Below are positions 27,045 to 37,114 of a stretch of 64,000 bases of DNA, piece by piece; position 1 is the first letter of the stretch; the number at the start of each line of letters is the position of its first letter. The notes below the pieces were generated by a model that did not search any database, had not been told where the DNA came from, and worked only from the letters and a program-made list of their open reading frames with translations. The position numbers were made by a program, and so were the translations under genes. Location: contig OY762897.2 in assembly GCA_963666515.2 (NCBI GenBank), forward strand, positions 2,048,001-2,112,000. The letters run 5' to 3'. Origin of the DNA: Candidatus Binatia bacterium. Lineage in GTDB: Bacteria; Desulfobacterota; Binatia; UBA9968; JAJDTQ01.

Positions 27045-27887
27045 ATGATGGTTTGTCCTTACGATGACGAACGCCTGCTTCTGATCCTTCAGGTGGATCA
27101 CTCCCGGGTGACCGGGTGGCTGGCGGCCCACTGGGGCAACGACACGTTCGCGCGACCCGCGCCCTACGCAGCCATGGTGCTTGCGGCCCAGGAGCACGAT
27201 ACCGGGTGGTGGGACTGGGAGATCAAGCCGCAGCTCAGCAATGAGGGCAAGCCGCCCGACTACATCGGCAGCATCCGGCACCTGGGCATGGGGGTCTGGC
27301 TGGAGTTCTACCGGAACGGCATCACGCGGCTGGCGGAGCAGGACGCCTACGCCGGCTATATCGTCTCGCTGCACGCCGAGGCATTGCTGAGCCAGGGCAA
27401 GGGCCTGCTCTCCTACATGCCCGACTATACGGTCCACCCCGAGGTCCGGGAGTTCCTGCGCGAGCAGGAAGGCTACCGCGACAGGCTGATGACGAGGATG
27501 AAGGAAGCGCCGGAGTACCGCGACTGCGTGTCGGAGGAACGGCTCTGGACCAACTTCAAGCTGATGGAGATCTACGACCAGATGGGGCAGTTCATCTGCA
27601 ACCGCTATCCGTTCAATTCGACCCACCGCAAGAACGGTCCGAGCACCACGCTGAGCGGCATCGCGGCGCCGGTGGGTCCCGGCCGCGAGGACGCCGTGCT
27701 GACGTTCGACATCCGGGACGAGCGTAACGCCGTGGTCACCCCGTACCCGTTCGATACCGATCCGCTGCCGGTATCGTTCCAGGCGCGGCTGGTGCCGAAC
27801 CGCCGTTACGAGAGCCAGGAAGAGTTCCTGCACGAGTACTACGGCGCGGAGCGGCTGACCGTAGAATACGCGCTGCACTCGGACTGA
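27045..27887 (+). CDS. DUF3891-family protein
   Basis: LILQVDHSRVTGWLAAHWGN, EHDTGW, DAYAGYIVSLH, VTPYPF. Confidence 0.7.
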   Translation: MMVCPYDDERLLLILQVDHSRVTGWLAAHWGNDTFARPAPYAAMVLAAQEHDTGWWDWEIKPQLSNEGKPPDYIGSIRHLGMGVWLEFYRNGITRLAEQDAYAGYIVSLHAEALLSQGKGLLSYMPDYTVHPEVREFLREQEGYRDRLMTRMKEAPEYRDCVSEERLWTNFKLMEIYDQMGQFICNRYPFNSTHRKNGPSTTLSGIAAPVGPGREDAVLTFDIRDERNAVVTPYPFDTDPLPVSFQARLVPNRRYESQEEFLHEYYGAERLTVEYALHSD

Positions 27888-27933
27888 CTCTCCCGCCCCG
27901 AAAAAACGCGCATACCGAGAAGGAGGCCCAGCC

Positions 27934-28257
27934 ATGTGGTATCTCGTGCTCTCCCGTTCCTTGCCCGAGAAGGAAGAACTCAAGCAACAAAACTACGACG
28001 ACCATCGGGACTGGTTGGAGGAACAGCACCGGGCGGGACGGCTGCTCTTCTCGGGACCGACGTCGGACCGGGCCTATGGAATCTACGTCATGCTGGCCTC
28101 AAGCCTGGGTGAAGCCAGGGACCTCGCGGGCCAGGACCCGCATCACGCCCGAGGCATCCGGACCATGGAAGTTCTGGAATGGGCCCCGCACCGGGCGTTT
28201 CGGATGGACGGCGCCACCATCGCCGACGTCGAAGCCATGGCGACGGGAGCCTCGTGA
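27934..28257 (+). CDS. YciI-family protein
   Basis: DHRDWL...GRLLFSGP, A.SLGEA...QDP...GIR. Confidence 0.8.
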   Translation: MWYLVLSRSLPEKEELKQQNYDDHRDWLEEQHRAGRLLFSGPTSDRAYGIYVMLASSLGEARDLAGQDPHHARGIRTMEVLEWAPHRAFRMDGATIADVEAMATGAS

Positions 28258-28276
28258 CAAGGACCTGCGGGCAGGG

Positions 28277-29440
28277 TCAGGCGGCGTCCAGGTGGAAGAA
28301 GCGCACCGCGTTGCCGGCCAGCATCAGTCGCCGCTCGTCGTCGGGGACGCCGGCGAGCTGCTGTTCCATGACTTCCAGGGAACGGGGCCAGTGGGTGACG
28401 ATGTGGGGGAAGTCCGTGGACCACATGATCTTGTCCACGCCCACGTGGTGACGGAGCTCGACGCCGATGGGGTCGTCGAAATAGCCCCACAGCGCGTGCT
28501 CCCTGAGATACTCGCTGGGAAGCCGGTCCAGACGCTTGAGCCCCAGCAGCCTTTCGGCCCATGAGGCGCTGACTTTGTAGGCCTGGTCCATCTGCTGGTA
28601 GAAGTACGGGATCCACCCTATGTTGTTCTCCGCCCAGTAGATCCGCAGCTTCGGGAACCGGTCGAAGACGCCGTTCAGAATGAGTTGCGCGGCCTCCACC
28701 GCGCCGCAGTGATAGATGCCGTGACGAGCGATGCGCTGGAGGAAGTCCGGCGGCCGCTCCTCCCCCTGAGGCTCCTTGGGGTACTTCAGGAGATAGACCT
28801 CGCGCTCTCGCGTGCGCTGTGGAAACGACGTGTGGATGGTGAGCGGCATGTCCAGGTCCAGCGCCGCCGCCCAGAAACGGTCGTCCTCGGGCGTAGGGTA
28901 GTTCCTGCCGCTCGGATAGGTGTGCAGCCGGGCGGTCTTGAAACCCATGTCGGCGCAGCGCTTCATCTCCGCGACGTCTTCCTCCACTCCGATGTTGGGC
29001 AGCACGGCCACGCCGATGAGCCGGTCCGGGTCCACCGCGCAGAACTCCTCGATGAAGTAGTCGTTGAACGCGCGCACGATGGCCAGAAACGCGTCCTTGT
29101 CGCGGATGGCGGTGTTACGCGCCTCGGTGGCGTAGAGCACCTCGGCGTCGATGCCGTCGGCGTCCTGCTCCTTGAGACGCTCCTCGCCCGTGCCCGCGCC
29201 GCGGGCGTGGTCGAAGTCGAGAGCCACGGGACTGAACTCCTCGGGCGACTTGCCAGCGAACTGGTTGGTGCCGCTGTACTCGATGGGCTTGCCTTCCTCG
29301 ACGATGGCGTCCATGCCGTTGGACAGCTTGATGCGCCGCGGAGCCCGGTCGCGATACTTCGCAGGCACCCGGTGCGTCCACATGTCCGGGGGCGACTCGA
29401 AGTGGCTGTCCGCCGAAATGTACCGATACCGCCGGGCCAT
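28277..29440 (-). CDS. Amidohydrolase_2 family protein
   Basis: Start MARRYRYISADSH (GGAGG RBS); QDADGIDAEV, DDRFWAAA, LTIH, MWSTDFPH. Confidence 0.85.
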   Translation of the reverse strand: MARRYRYISADSHFESPPDMWTHRVPAKYRDRAPRRIKLSNGMDAIVEEGKPIEYSGTNQFAGKSPEEFSPVALDFDHARGAGTGEERLKEQDADGIDAEVLYATEARNTAIRDKDAFLAIVRAFNDYFIEEFCAVDPDRLIGVAVLPNIGVEEDVAEMKRCADMGFKTARLHTYPSGRNYPTPEDDRFWAAALDLDMPLTIHTSFPQRTREREVYLLKYPKEPQGEERPPDFLQRIARHGIYHCGAVEAAQLILNGVFDRFPKLRIYWAENNIGWIPYFYQQMDQAYKVSASWAERLLGLKRLDRLPSEYLREHALWGYFDDPIGVELRHHVGVDKIMWSTDFPHIVTHWPRSLEVMEQQLAGVPDDERRLMLAGNAVRFFHLDAA

Positions 29441-29501
29441 GGGCATCCTCCGCGTCAGATCCGGAAAAGAACGGTCCTGCGTTGCGCGCAACGCCGATGC
29501 G

Positions 29502-30683
29502 TCACCGCGGGGTCTGGAGCCACAGTTCCGGTTCCAGCCCCGGCCGGTCGGGATACTTCGCCGCGATCTCCCGCACCTTCGGGTGGTCGGCCGCGGTCAG
29601 GCGCCCGTCCTTGTAGACGTAGTTGTCCCCTACCCTGAGGCTGCCGCCGCGCATCTCGCCGGAGATGTGCATGAGGTACGGAAAGCTCTTGGTGGTGCGG
29701 CTGTTGCCCATGTGGAAGTGGAAGCTGCTCCAGTGGTGGTGCTCGACGAAGTGCCGGTACGGGGTGTTCGGGCACTGGTGCGGTTCGAGGATGGCGGACG
29801 GGTGCACGCCGCCGTGAAAACCGCGCACCTCGTAGGCGGCGTCTCCCAGGTACCTGGACATGAACTTGTAGAAGCGGGTGAAGGTCTCGGCCTCCTCGCC
29901 GCCCTCGAACTTGCGCATGTACCCGTCCTTGATGTGAACCCGGACCGGCTCCTTGAAGGGACAGGGCACGCCGATGTGCCGGCCCCAGATGACGCCGATC
30001 TCGTTGATGATGCCGATGCCCTCGGCGTCGCGCGAGCGGATCGAAGGAAAGACCCCCTCGGGGAACGGACGGTACAGGCCGACGGTACGATAGTCGGCGT
30101 AGTGCTCCGCGCCGAGGGGTTTCTCGACAATGCCCTCGATGCAGGACCCGTTGGGATGCTCCATGACCCACTTGGCGCCCGGCGTCACCAGGGCCGCGGT
30201 CTGGATGCGGATCTCCGCGACCAGCTCGTAGGGGGTGAGCCCCCAGTTGCTGGCGAGCAGCGGCGCCGTGGTGGCCATGTTGCGCGCCAGGGGGATGTCG
30301 CGCTCTTCCAGGATCTCCGGGATCTCCCGCAGCTCTTCCTCATAGGTGAAGTCGACGCCGTAGCTGATGAGCACGTCGGCTCCGAGGATGGCGTTGCGCA
30401 CCACCTTGGGCACGCGCCAGGCCTTTCCCGGATCGGCACCGTCCCCCCACAGCACGGTGGGACGCACGGGCGTGTCGGTCCAGAGCACATAGGCGTCGGC
30501 GCCGCGCTGCTGCACCGCGGCCTGCACCCACGCCACCGCGTCCTCGTCCACGAGGTTGATGCCGCCGTAGCTGCCGTCATGCACGGCGAGGATGAGCACC
30601 TGCATGCCGGGCTGAACGTTGGCGCAGTTGTCCACGAGGTCGTTCACCGCGATTGCGGCGTGTCTGGGAATCATCGAAGCCAT
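29502..30683 (-). CDS. Peptidase M29-fold protein, possibly related to 2,5-dihydroxypyridine 5,6-dioxygenase (NicX)
   Basis: Start MASMIPRH (GGGAGG RBS); CANVQPGMQVLIL, PFPEGVF, EPVRVHIKDG..KFEGGEEA, HGGVHP, HFHMG. Confidence 0.5.
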   Translation of the reverse strand: MASMIPRHAAIAVNDLVDNCANVQPGMQVLILAVHDGSYGGINLVDEDAVAWVQAAVQQRGADAYVLWTDTPVRPTVLWGDGADPGKAWRVPKVVRNAILGADVLISYGVDFTYEEELREIPEILEERDIPLARNMATTAPLLASNWGLTPYELVAEIRIQTAALVTPGAKWVMEHPNGSCIEGIVEKPLGAEHYADYRTVGLYRPFPEGVFPSIRSRDAEGIGIINEIGVIWGRHIGVPCPFKEPVRVHIKDGYMRKFEGGEEAETFTRFYKFMSRYLGDAAYEVRGFHGGVHPSAILEPHQCPNTPYRHFVEHHHWSSFHFHMGNSRTTKSFPYLMHISGEMRGGSLRVGDNYVYKDGRLTAADHPKVREIAAKYPDRPGLEPELWLQTPR

Positions 30684-30736
30684 GTGAAGAACCTCCCGGC
30701 GAGAGTGAATCGGTTCCGCGTTCGCGAACCTAAATC

Positions 30737-30836
30737 CATATACATCGACGCGAAAAACCCTGTCAACGCGGTCTCCCGTCGCCCCTCCCCCGGCCGGCGG
30801 GCTCGCATTGACAGCCCAACCGGGAGTTGTTAGTGT
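30737..30836. promoter_or_regulatory. Divergent sigma70-like promoters
   Basis: Plus strand TTGACA(30808)-17 bp-TAGTGT with extended -10 TG; minus strand TTGACA(30766)-18 bp-TATATG. Confidence 0.45.
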
Positions 30837-30910
30837 CGCGGCCAATCGGGACGGGTTGTGCCCGCGGTCCCGGCCCGCATTTCCCACCGGCCCCAAGAAG
30901 GGAGAAAACC

Positions 30911-31861
30911 ATGATCCAAGCCAGCGACATCCACGGCGTGATGGCCATGATGCCGGCCTTCACGACCGACGACGCCAATTCTCCGCGCGCGAAGAACACG
31001 GTCAACGTTCCGGAACTCGAACGCAGCGTCGACCGGGCGGTGCGCGACGGCATCGGCGTGCTCACCACCACGGGCACCTTCGGCGAGTGCCATACCCTCT
31101 TGTGGGACGAGTTCACCACCCTCGCCGACGCCACCGTCGCCACGGTGAACAAGCGCATTCCCGTGGTCATCGGCTGCACCAGTCTCAACACGCGCGAAGT
31201 GCTGCTCAAGATGGACTACGCCGCCAAGGCCGGCGCCGACGCCGTGCTGGTGGGCGTGCCCTTCTACTTCAAGTCCAGCGTGCCCAACGCCGTCCAGTTC
31301 TACTTCGACCTGGCGGACGAGCATCCCGAGCTGGGCATCTTCATCTACCACAACCCGCGCAACCACCACATTCACATTCCGGTGTCGGCGTTCAAGGAGC
31401 TGGTCACCAAGCCGAACATCGTCGGCATGAAGGACAGCCACCGCACCCCCATGCAGTTCATGCAGCTCATGGACATCGTGCGCGGCAAGATCAGCGTCAT
31501 GACCAACCAGAACCAGATGTACCCCTACATGATGATGGGGGCCGCCGGATGCTGGTCCATCAACGCCTGGATGGGCCCCTCGCCGGTGGTCCGGGCCTAC
31601 CAGGCCGGGCGCGAGGAGCGGTGGGACGAGGTCAAGGAGATCTGCATGGCCATGGCGCGGGTGGGCGGAAAGGATCCGAGCCTCACCGACCCGGTGGAGA
31701 GCAAGATCTCCATCAACGAGGCCGGCTACTGCTACGCCGGTCCCGGCAGACCGCCCTTCCGGGTGACCACGGACGAGACCCGGGCCGAGGCGAAAGCCAT
31801 CGCGCAGCGCTGGCGCAAGCTGTGCGAGACCTACCCGCTGCAAGCGGAGGCCGCGGCCTGA
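30911..31861 (+). CDS. NahE/PhdJ-like hydratase-aldolase (DHDPS fold)
   Basis: Start MIQASDIHGV (GGGAG RBS); TGTFGECHTLLWDE, SLNTREV, AVQFYFDLA, IYHNP, GMKDS. Confidence 0.75.
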   Translation: MIQASDIHGVMAMMPAFTTDDANSPRAKNTVNVPELERSVDRAVRDGIGVLTTTGTFGECHTLLWDEFTTLADATVATVNKRIPVVIGCTSLNTREVLLKMDYAAKAGADAVLVGVPFYFKSSVPNAVQFYFDLADEHPELGIFIYHNPRNHHIHIPVSAFKELVTKPNIVGMKDSHRTPMQFMQLMDIVRGKISVMTNQNQMYPYMMMGAAGCWSINAWMGPSPVVRAYQAGREERWDEVKEICMAMARVGGKDPSLTDPVESKISINEAGYCYAGPGRPPFRVTTDETRAEAKAIAQRWRKLCETYPLQAEAAA

Positions 31862-31935
31862 CGCGCGCGGGTCGGGTTCGACGGGCGTTCCGCCGGGCAC
31901 GGAGCCGGCAAAAGCGGACCGAAAGGGATACGAAA

Positions 31936-32958
31936 ATGGCCAAGGTCGCAGCCGATAACCAGAAGAGACGTGACGAGTTGCACGCGAAGTTCGCCGACCT
32001 CGGACTGATGGGCTACTGGCAGCGCCAGCGCGAGCAGCACAACGTCGAGCCCAGGCTCTGGCGCTGGGACGACGTCCATCCCGCGCTGATGCAGGCCGCC
32101 GATGTGATCAGCATCGGCGCCGAGGCCTTCCGCCGAAACGTCGGCCTGGAGACCGAGAGCCGCACCATCGTCATGGGCTACCAGATCGTCATGCCCGGCG
32201 AGGCCGCTCCGGCCCACCGGCACACCAACACGGCGCTCCGGTTCGTGGTCCAGGGCGGCGGCGCCTACACCACCTCCAACGGCGAGCCCATGACCATGCA
32301 GCCGGGCGACCTGCTGATCCAGCCCAACTGGGTGTGGCACGACCACGTGAACGACTCCAAGGAGCCCATCATCTGGATCGACGCCCTTGACGTCGGCATC
32401 GTCAATTTCCTGGGCGCCTACCGCTTCCGTGAGGAGTGGTCGGAAGGAGTCCAGCAGCCTCTGACCCGCAAGGAAGGCGCATCGCGCCGGCTCTTCGGGC
32501 CCATCCGGGAGCCGGAGATAAGCTACGAGGGGGCTGCCGGCGTGCCCTACCACTACAAGTGGGACGAAACCGTGGAGGCCTTGAACACGGTGGCGGACGC
32601 CGGCGGCGGCGACCCCTACGACGGCGTGCTCCTGGAGTACAAGAACCCCGTCACCGGCGGGCACACGTTCCTGACCATGACCTGCCACATCCAGATGCTG
32701 CTGCCCGGCCAGACCACGCGCGCGCACCGGCACACGGGCACCACCCACTACCACGCCGTCCAGGGCCAGGGCGTCACCGTCGTCGACCGCGACGAGCCCA
32801 TCGAGCTCGAATGGGAGATCAACGACGCCTTCACCCTGCCCCCGTGGCGCTGGCACCACTTCCGTAACGCGTCGGAGACCGAGCCCGCGATCCTGTTCTC
32901 GGTCACGGACCGGCCGATGCTGGAGATGACGGGACTGGACCGGGAAGAAAGAGAATAA
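31936..32958 (+). CDS. Gentisate/1-hydroxy-2-naphthoate dioxygenase-like bicupin
   Basis: Start MAKVAAD inside the long 30808 ORF; LWRW, AHRHTNTALRF, PNWVWHDH, YKNPVTGG, HRHTG. Confidence 0.9.
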   Translation: MAKVAADNQKRRDELHAKFADLGLMGYWQRQREQHNVEPRLWRWDDVHPALMQAADVISIGAEAFRRNVGLETESRTIVMGYQIVMPGEAAPAHRHTNTALRFVVQGGGAYTTSNGEPMTMQPGDLLIQPNWVWHDHVNDSKEPIIWIDALDVGIVNFLGAYRFREEWSEGVQQPLTRKEGASRRLFGPIREPEISYEGAAGVPYHYKWDETVEALNTVADAGGGDPYDGVLLEYKNPVTGGHTFLTMTCHIQMLLPGQTTRAHRHTGTTHYHAVQGQGVTVVDRDEPIELEWEINDAFTLPPWRWHHFRNASETEPAILFSVTDRPMLEMTGLDREERE

Positions 32959-32974
32959 CCTCCGACCGCTGCGG

Positions 32975-34003
32975 CTATCCGCGCACGGCGCTTCGCTGAA
33001 GCTCGGAGGCGGCACCCATCATACCGGCCACCAGCTCGAAGGACCGGAGCCGCTTGGCGTGATCATGGATGTTCGCGGTGATCATGACCTCGTCGGCGCC
33101 GGTTCGCTCGACGAAGGCGGCGATCTCGCGTTCGACCGTATCGGGCGCGCCGACCGCCGAGCAGGACAGAGCCTCCTCGATCATCGCACGCTCGTGCGGA
33201 GCCACGTGATCTTCAAAATCGGCGACCGGCGGAGGCAGCTTACCCGGCATGCCGCCGCGGCGCCGGTTGACGAAGGACTGCAGGATCGAGGTTCTGAGGA
33301 AGTGGGCTTCCTCGTCGGTATCGGCGGCGACGACGGTCATGCCTACCATGACATAGGGCTTGTCGAGTTGCGCCGACGGCTCGAAACGTTGGCGGTACAC
33401 GGCGATGGCCTGCATCAGGGCCGCCGGCGCAAAGTGCGAGGCAAAGGCATAAGGGAGCCCAAGGGCGGCGGCGAGCTGGGCGCCGTAGAGGCTGGAGCCC
33501 AGGATCCAGATCGGCACGTTCAGGCCGGCGCCCGGCACGGCGCGCACGAACTGGTTTGGCGCCGGGTCCTTGAAATAGTGTTGCAGCTCCAGCACGTCTT
33601 GCGGGAAGTCATGGATGTTGCCGGCCAGGGTGCGGCGCAGGGCACGCTCGGTGTACCGGTCGGTGCCGGGCGCGCGACCCACGCCGAGATCGATCCGGCC
33701 CGAGAACAGGGCCGCGAGGGTGCCGAACTGCTCGGCGATGACGAGCGGTGCATGGTTGGCCAGCATGACGCCGCCGGCGCCGACCCGGATGGTTGTTGTT
33801 GCCTCGGCGACCTGGCCGATCACCACCGCGGTGGCCGCACTGGCGATACCCGCCATGTTGTGATGCTCGGCCAGCCAGTAGCGCGTGTAGCCCCACGCGT
33901 CGGCATGGCGCGCCAGGTCGATGGTATTGAGCAACGCCTGGCGAGCATCGCCGCCCTCGACAATCGGCGACAGGTCAAGAACGGAGAGCGGTGTGCCGAT
34001 CAT
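32975..34003 (-). CDS. Luciferase-like (LLM class) flavin-dependent oxidoreductase
   Basis: [62 protein letters not shown]. Confidence 0.92.
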   Translation of the reverse strand: MIGTPLSVLDLSPIVEGGDARQALLNTIDLARHADAWGYTRYWLAEHHNMAGIASAATAVVIGQVAEATTTIRVGAGGVMLANHAPLVIAEQFGTLAALFSGRIDLGVGRAPGTDRYTERALRRTLAGNIHDFPQDVLELQHYFKDPAPNQFVRAVPGAGLNVPIWILGSSLYGAQLAAALGLPYAFASHFAPAALMQAIAVYRQRFEPSAQLDKPYVMVGMTVVAADTDEEAHFLRTSILQSFVNRRRGGMPGKLPPPVADFEDHVAPHERAMIEEALSCSAVGAPDTVEREIAAFVERTGADEVMITANIHDHAKRLRSFELVAGMMGAASELQRSAVRG

Positions 34004-34052
34004 CAGAACACTATAGGCGATCGTCGCGGAAGGACCAACATACCGGCCCGAC

Positions 34053-35798
34053 TTACTGGGCGATGGACTGCCCGATGACCTTTCTGCCGGCGACCACGAA
34101 GATCAGGTTGAAGGTGATCAGCACCACCAGCATGGCCGCGGACTCGTTGAAGTGGCCGCCGATGAAGGCCTCGTAGACGATGTTCGCCACCAGCACGCTG
34201 CCGGCGGAGGCCAGCAGCAGCGCCACGGAGAAGTCCTTGGCGGCGTGCACCAGCACCCAGAGCCATCCGCTGAGGAACGCGGGGATCAGGAGCCGCAACG
34301 TGATCCGGACGAAGGTCTGCAGGTTGTTGGCCCCGCTGGCCTGCGACGCCTCCTCCAGCTCATGGTGGAGCTGCAGCATGGCGGAGTGCATGAGCCGGGT
34401 GCCGAAGGCCAAATAGCGGGCCACGAACGCCAAGGTCAGGAGGATCAGCGTGCCGTAGAGCGGCGTGCCCACGAACATGAGGAAGAGCGCCAGGGTCGAG
34501 ATGACGCCCGGGATGGCCAGGGGCATGAACGCCACCACGTTGATGAGGTCGGTCAGCCTGGAGGGACGCCGTACCACCAGCCAGCCGATGAAGCTTACCA
34601 GCAGCATGGTCAGGGTCGCGGCCTCCACCGCCACGATCAGGGTGTTGACGAAGTAGCTGCCGAAGAAGCGGTAATCCAGGAGCCGCGTGTAGTGGAGCAG
34701 CGTCCAGCGCATGTCCGCAGCGAACTCCAGCACCGGCGGCACGTAGAAGCGCAGGAAGCTCGCGTACAGCAGAATCGCAAACGGCAACACCACCTTCATC
34801 AGGATAAAGAGCATCACGGCGCCCAGGGCCACGTACCTCCACCGCCCCAGCGAGATGAGACGGGGGCGGTAGCCCTTGCCCGTGATCACGGCGAACTGGG
34901 AGGTCTGGCGCACCAAGCGGATGTAGATGAGGCTTCCCAGCACCCCCATGGCCAGCCCCAGCATGCCGAAGGCCGCCGGGATGCCGTAGTTCACTCCCAG
35001 GTCCGCTGAGGGCAGCAGGCTGAAGAATATCTTGGTGGACAGAAGCTCGATGCCCGCGGTAGGCCCCAGAGCCAGCGGCAGCTCCAGCGACTCCAGGCCG
35101 GTGACGAAGAAATAGATGCCCACCGCGGCCACGCCCGGGCGCATGAGCGGCGCGGTCACGGTGCGGAGCACCTGCCAGCGCGAGGCGCCGGATGCCAGCG
35201 CGGCCTCCTCCAGGGCCGGGTCCATCTGCCGCAGCACCGCGGTAAGGAAGAGCCACATGGTCGGTATGATGCCGAGCACGTGGACGAAGACGAGCCCGGT
35301 CATGCTGAAGATGTTGAACGGCCCCTCGCCCGACTCGATGCCGAAGAGCATGCGCAGATACACGTTGACGGTGCCGCCCCGTGGTCCCAGCAGCAGCACC
35401 CAGCCCAGCGCGGTGGCGAACACCGGCGTGCTCATGGGAACGAACATGAGCACGTACATGGAGTTGCGCAAAGGCATGTCCGTGCGCTCGGTGAGGAAGG
35501 CGAATCCGAACGCGATGGGCAGCGCGAACAGCACGCCCAGCCCGGAGTACAGCAGCGTGTCGCGGATGATGGGCCTGAAGTCCGCGCCGGTGAAGGCCTC
35601 GATGTAGGGAGAGACGGTGAAGGGGCCGGGCTCCAGCGGCAGCAGCCCTTCGGGACGGAAGCTCGCGAGCACCATGAAGAACAGCGGCACGATGACCAGC
35701 ACCACCAGCACCGCGAGCACGGACAGGGCGCCGGGCTGCCGGAACTGCCACAGCCGGGACAGGGCCGGCTGCGAATGCGCGCCTGGGGGGCTTCCCAT
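34053..35798 (-). CDS. ABC transporter permease (Fe3+/thiamine-type, duplicated domain)
   Basis: [39 protein letters not shown]. Confidence 0.9.
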   Translation of the reverse strand: MGSPPGAHSQPALSRLWQFRQPGALSVLAVLVVLVIVPLFFMVLASFRPEGLLPLEPGPFTVSPYIEAFTGADFRPIIRDTLLYSGLGVLFALPIAFGFAFLTERTDMPLRNSMYVLMFVPMSTPVFATALGWVLLLGPRGGTVNVYLRMLFGIESGEGPFNIFSMTGLVFVHVLGIIPTMWLFLTAVLRQMDPALEEAALASGASRWQVLRTVTAPLMRPGVAAVGIYFFVTGLESLELPLALGPTAGIELLSTKIFFSLLPSADLGVNYGIPAAFGMLGLAMGVLGSLIYIRLVRQTSQFAVITGKGYRPRLISLGRWRYVALGAVMLFILMKVVLPFAILLYASFLRFYVPPVLEFAADMRWTLLHYTRLLDYRFFGSYFVNTLIVAVEAATLTMLLVSFIGWLVVRRPSRLTDLINVVAFMPLAIPGVISTLALFLMFVGTPLYGTLILLTLAFVARYLAFGTRLMHSAMLQLHHELEEASQASGANNLQTFVRITLRLLIPAFLSGWLWVLVHAAKDFSVALLLASAGSVLVANIVYEAFIGGHFNESAAMLVVLITFNLIFVVAGRKVIGQSIAQ

Positions 35799-35914
35799 GG
35801 CTGCTACACGGGGCGGGCGTGGGCCGTTGAAGAGGGACGGCTCGCGACGGGCGTTACACCCCCGGCGTCACACCCGTCAGAGCCACAGCCGCCAGCCTTC
35901 GGAGCCCTGACGCC

Positions 35915-37051
35915 CTATTCCGCGATCTTCTTCTTGCTTGCGATCCCGGCCTTCAGAGCGTTGATGGCGGTCTTGCGGTACTTGCCCGCGAGCTTCGCCT
36001 GCTCTTCCGTCTTGGGGCCGGCCACCTGAGCCGCGGACTTGATGCCGTGCTGTTGCGCCAGCTTCACCAGCGGCAGACGGTCGGCCTCCTCCTCGTACAT
36101 GCGGAACACCCCGCCGCCCGTGATGGCGGCCTCGGTGTAGTTGCCGTCGAAGTGGTTCCAGCCCCAGTAGAGCGCCGCCATGTTGGGGTCGTTGACGCCG
36201 GGCTGGATCAGGCAGGAGACCGTGAGGTTGCCGAGCACCATGCCCGCGAAGGTCATGTCCAGCGGCGCTCCCAGGGTCTTCTGCTGGACGATCTGCACCA
36301 TGGAAGCCACCGCGATGTCGCCCTCACCCTGTATGAGCGCCTGCAACACGCCCGAGGTGCCGCCGGAGACCAGCCTGACGCCGTTGGCGCCCAGGTTGTG
36401 CGCGTACACCCGCAGCTTGTCCTCGCTCCAACCGGGGGCGAACGGCAGCACGTACAGCCCCAAGGCGCGCACGTCCCAGACCACCCGGTTGCGCCACTTC
36501 TCGTCGGTCAGGTCCTCGAAGCGGATGCCCTTCAACTCTTCAGGCTTCACCCTGCGGGTGTTGTACACGATGGTCCAGGTCCCCATCTGGTGGTGCAGAC
36601 AGTGGTCCTGCAGCGATGCGCCTCCGGCGCTCTTGATGGGCGGCACCGTGGCGCGGAGCTTGCGCGCCAGGGGCCAACCCTCGTAGATGGCGTCCCACGG
36701 CGGCTGCCGCGTGTGGCCGGCCTTGAACATCCGCAGCACCAGCGGCAGCCCGCCGTCCCACATGTCCACCACGCCGCGGCCGGTCTTGGCCGCCTGCATG
36801 ATCTTCACCGGGGCCTTGCGATGATGTCCGGGCTCCGATTCCAGGCGCAGGTTGAAGCCGAAACGCTTCTCGAAGGCATTCTCCTTGGCCCGGATGATCT
36901 CCGGCGGCACCCCCTCCAGAGTCATGGTGATGGTGCCACTCGATGCCTTGGCCTTGGCCGCCAGGTCATCGAGGGGACCCGCGCCGGCCGTGCCCCACAA
37001 TGCCCAGAGGAGAAGAAAGACGGATGCTGCGACAGCAAGAATTGAACGCAT
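35915..37051 (-). CDS. ABC transporter substrate-binding protein
   Basis: Signal peptide, AFEKRFG, IVYNT..VKP, FEDLTDEKWR, QGEGDIA; upstream of permease. Confidence 0.75.
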   Translation of the reverse strand: MRSILAVAASVFLLLWALWGTAGAGPLDDLAAKAKASSGTITMTLEGVPPEIIRAKENAFEKRFGFNLRLESEPGHHRKAPVKIMQAAKTGRGVVDMWDGGLPLVLRMFKAGHTRQPPWDAIYEGWPLARKLRATVPPIKSAGGASLQDHCLHHQMGTWTIVYNTRRVKPEELKGIRFEDLTDEKWRNRVVWDVRALGLYVLPFAPGWSEDKLRVYAHNLGANGVRLVSGGTSGVLQALIQGEGDIAVASMVQIVQQKTLGAPLDMTFAGMVLGNLTVSCLIQPGVNDPNMAALYWGWNHFDGNYTEAAITGGGVFRMYEEEADRLPLVKLAQQHGIKSAAQVAGPKTEEQAKLAGKYRKTAINALKAGIASKKKIAE

Positions 37052-37114
37052 GGGATTGCCCTCCTGTTGCCGAGGCTCAGTGCTCGGCGTTCGATGCGAA
37101 GAACACCGTATACA

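Noticed and set aside
30808-32958. 716-aa ORF as a fusion protein (likewise 22295-24580 and 21948-23441)
   Set aside because: N-terminal parts are off-frame overlaps of the upstream genes; real starts are at 31936, 23438 and 22257.
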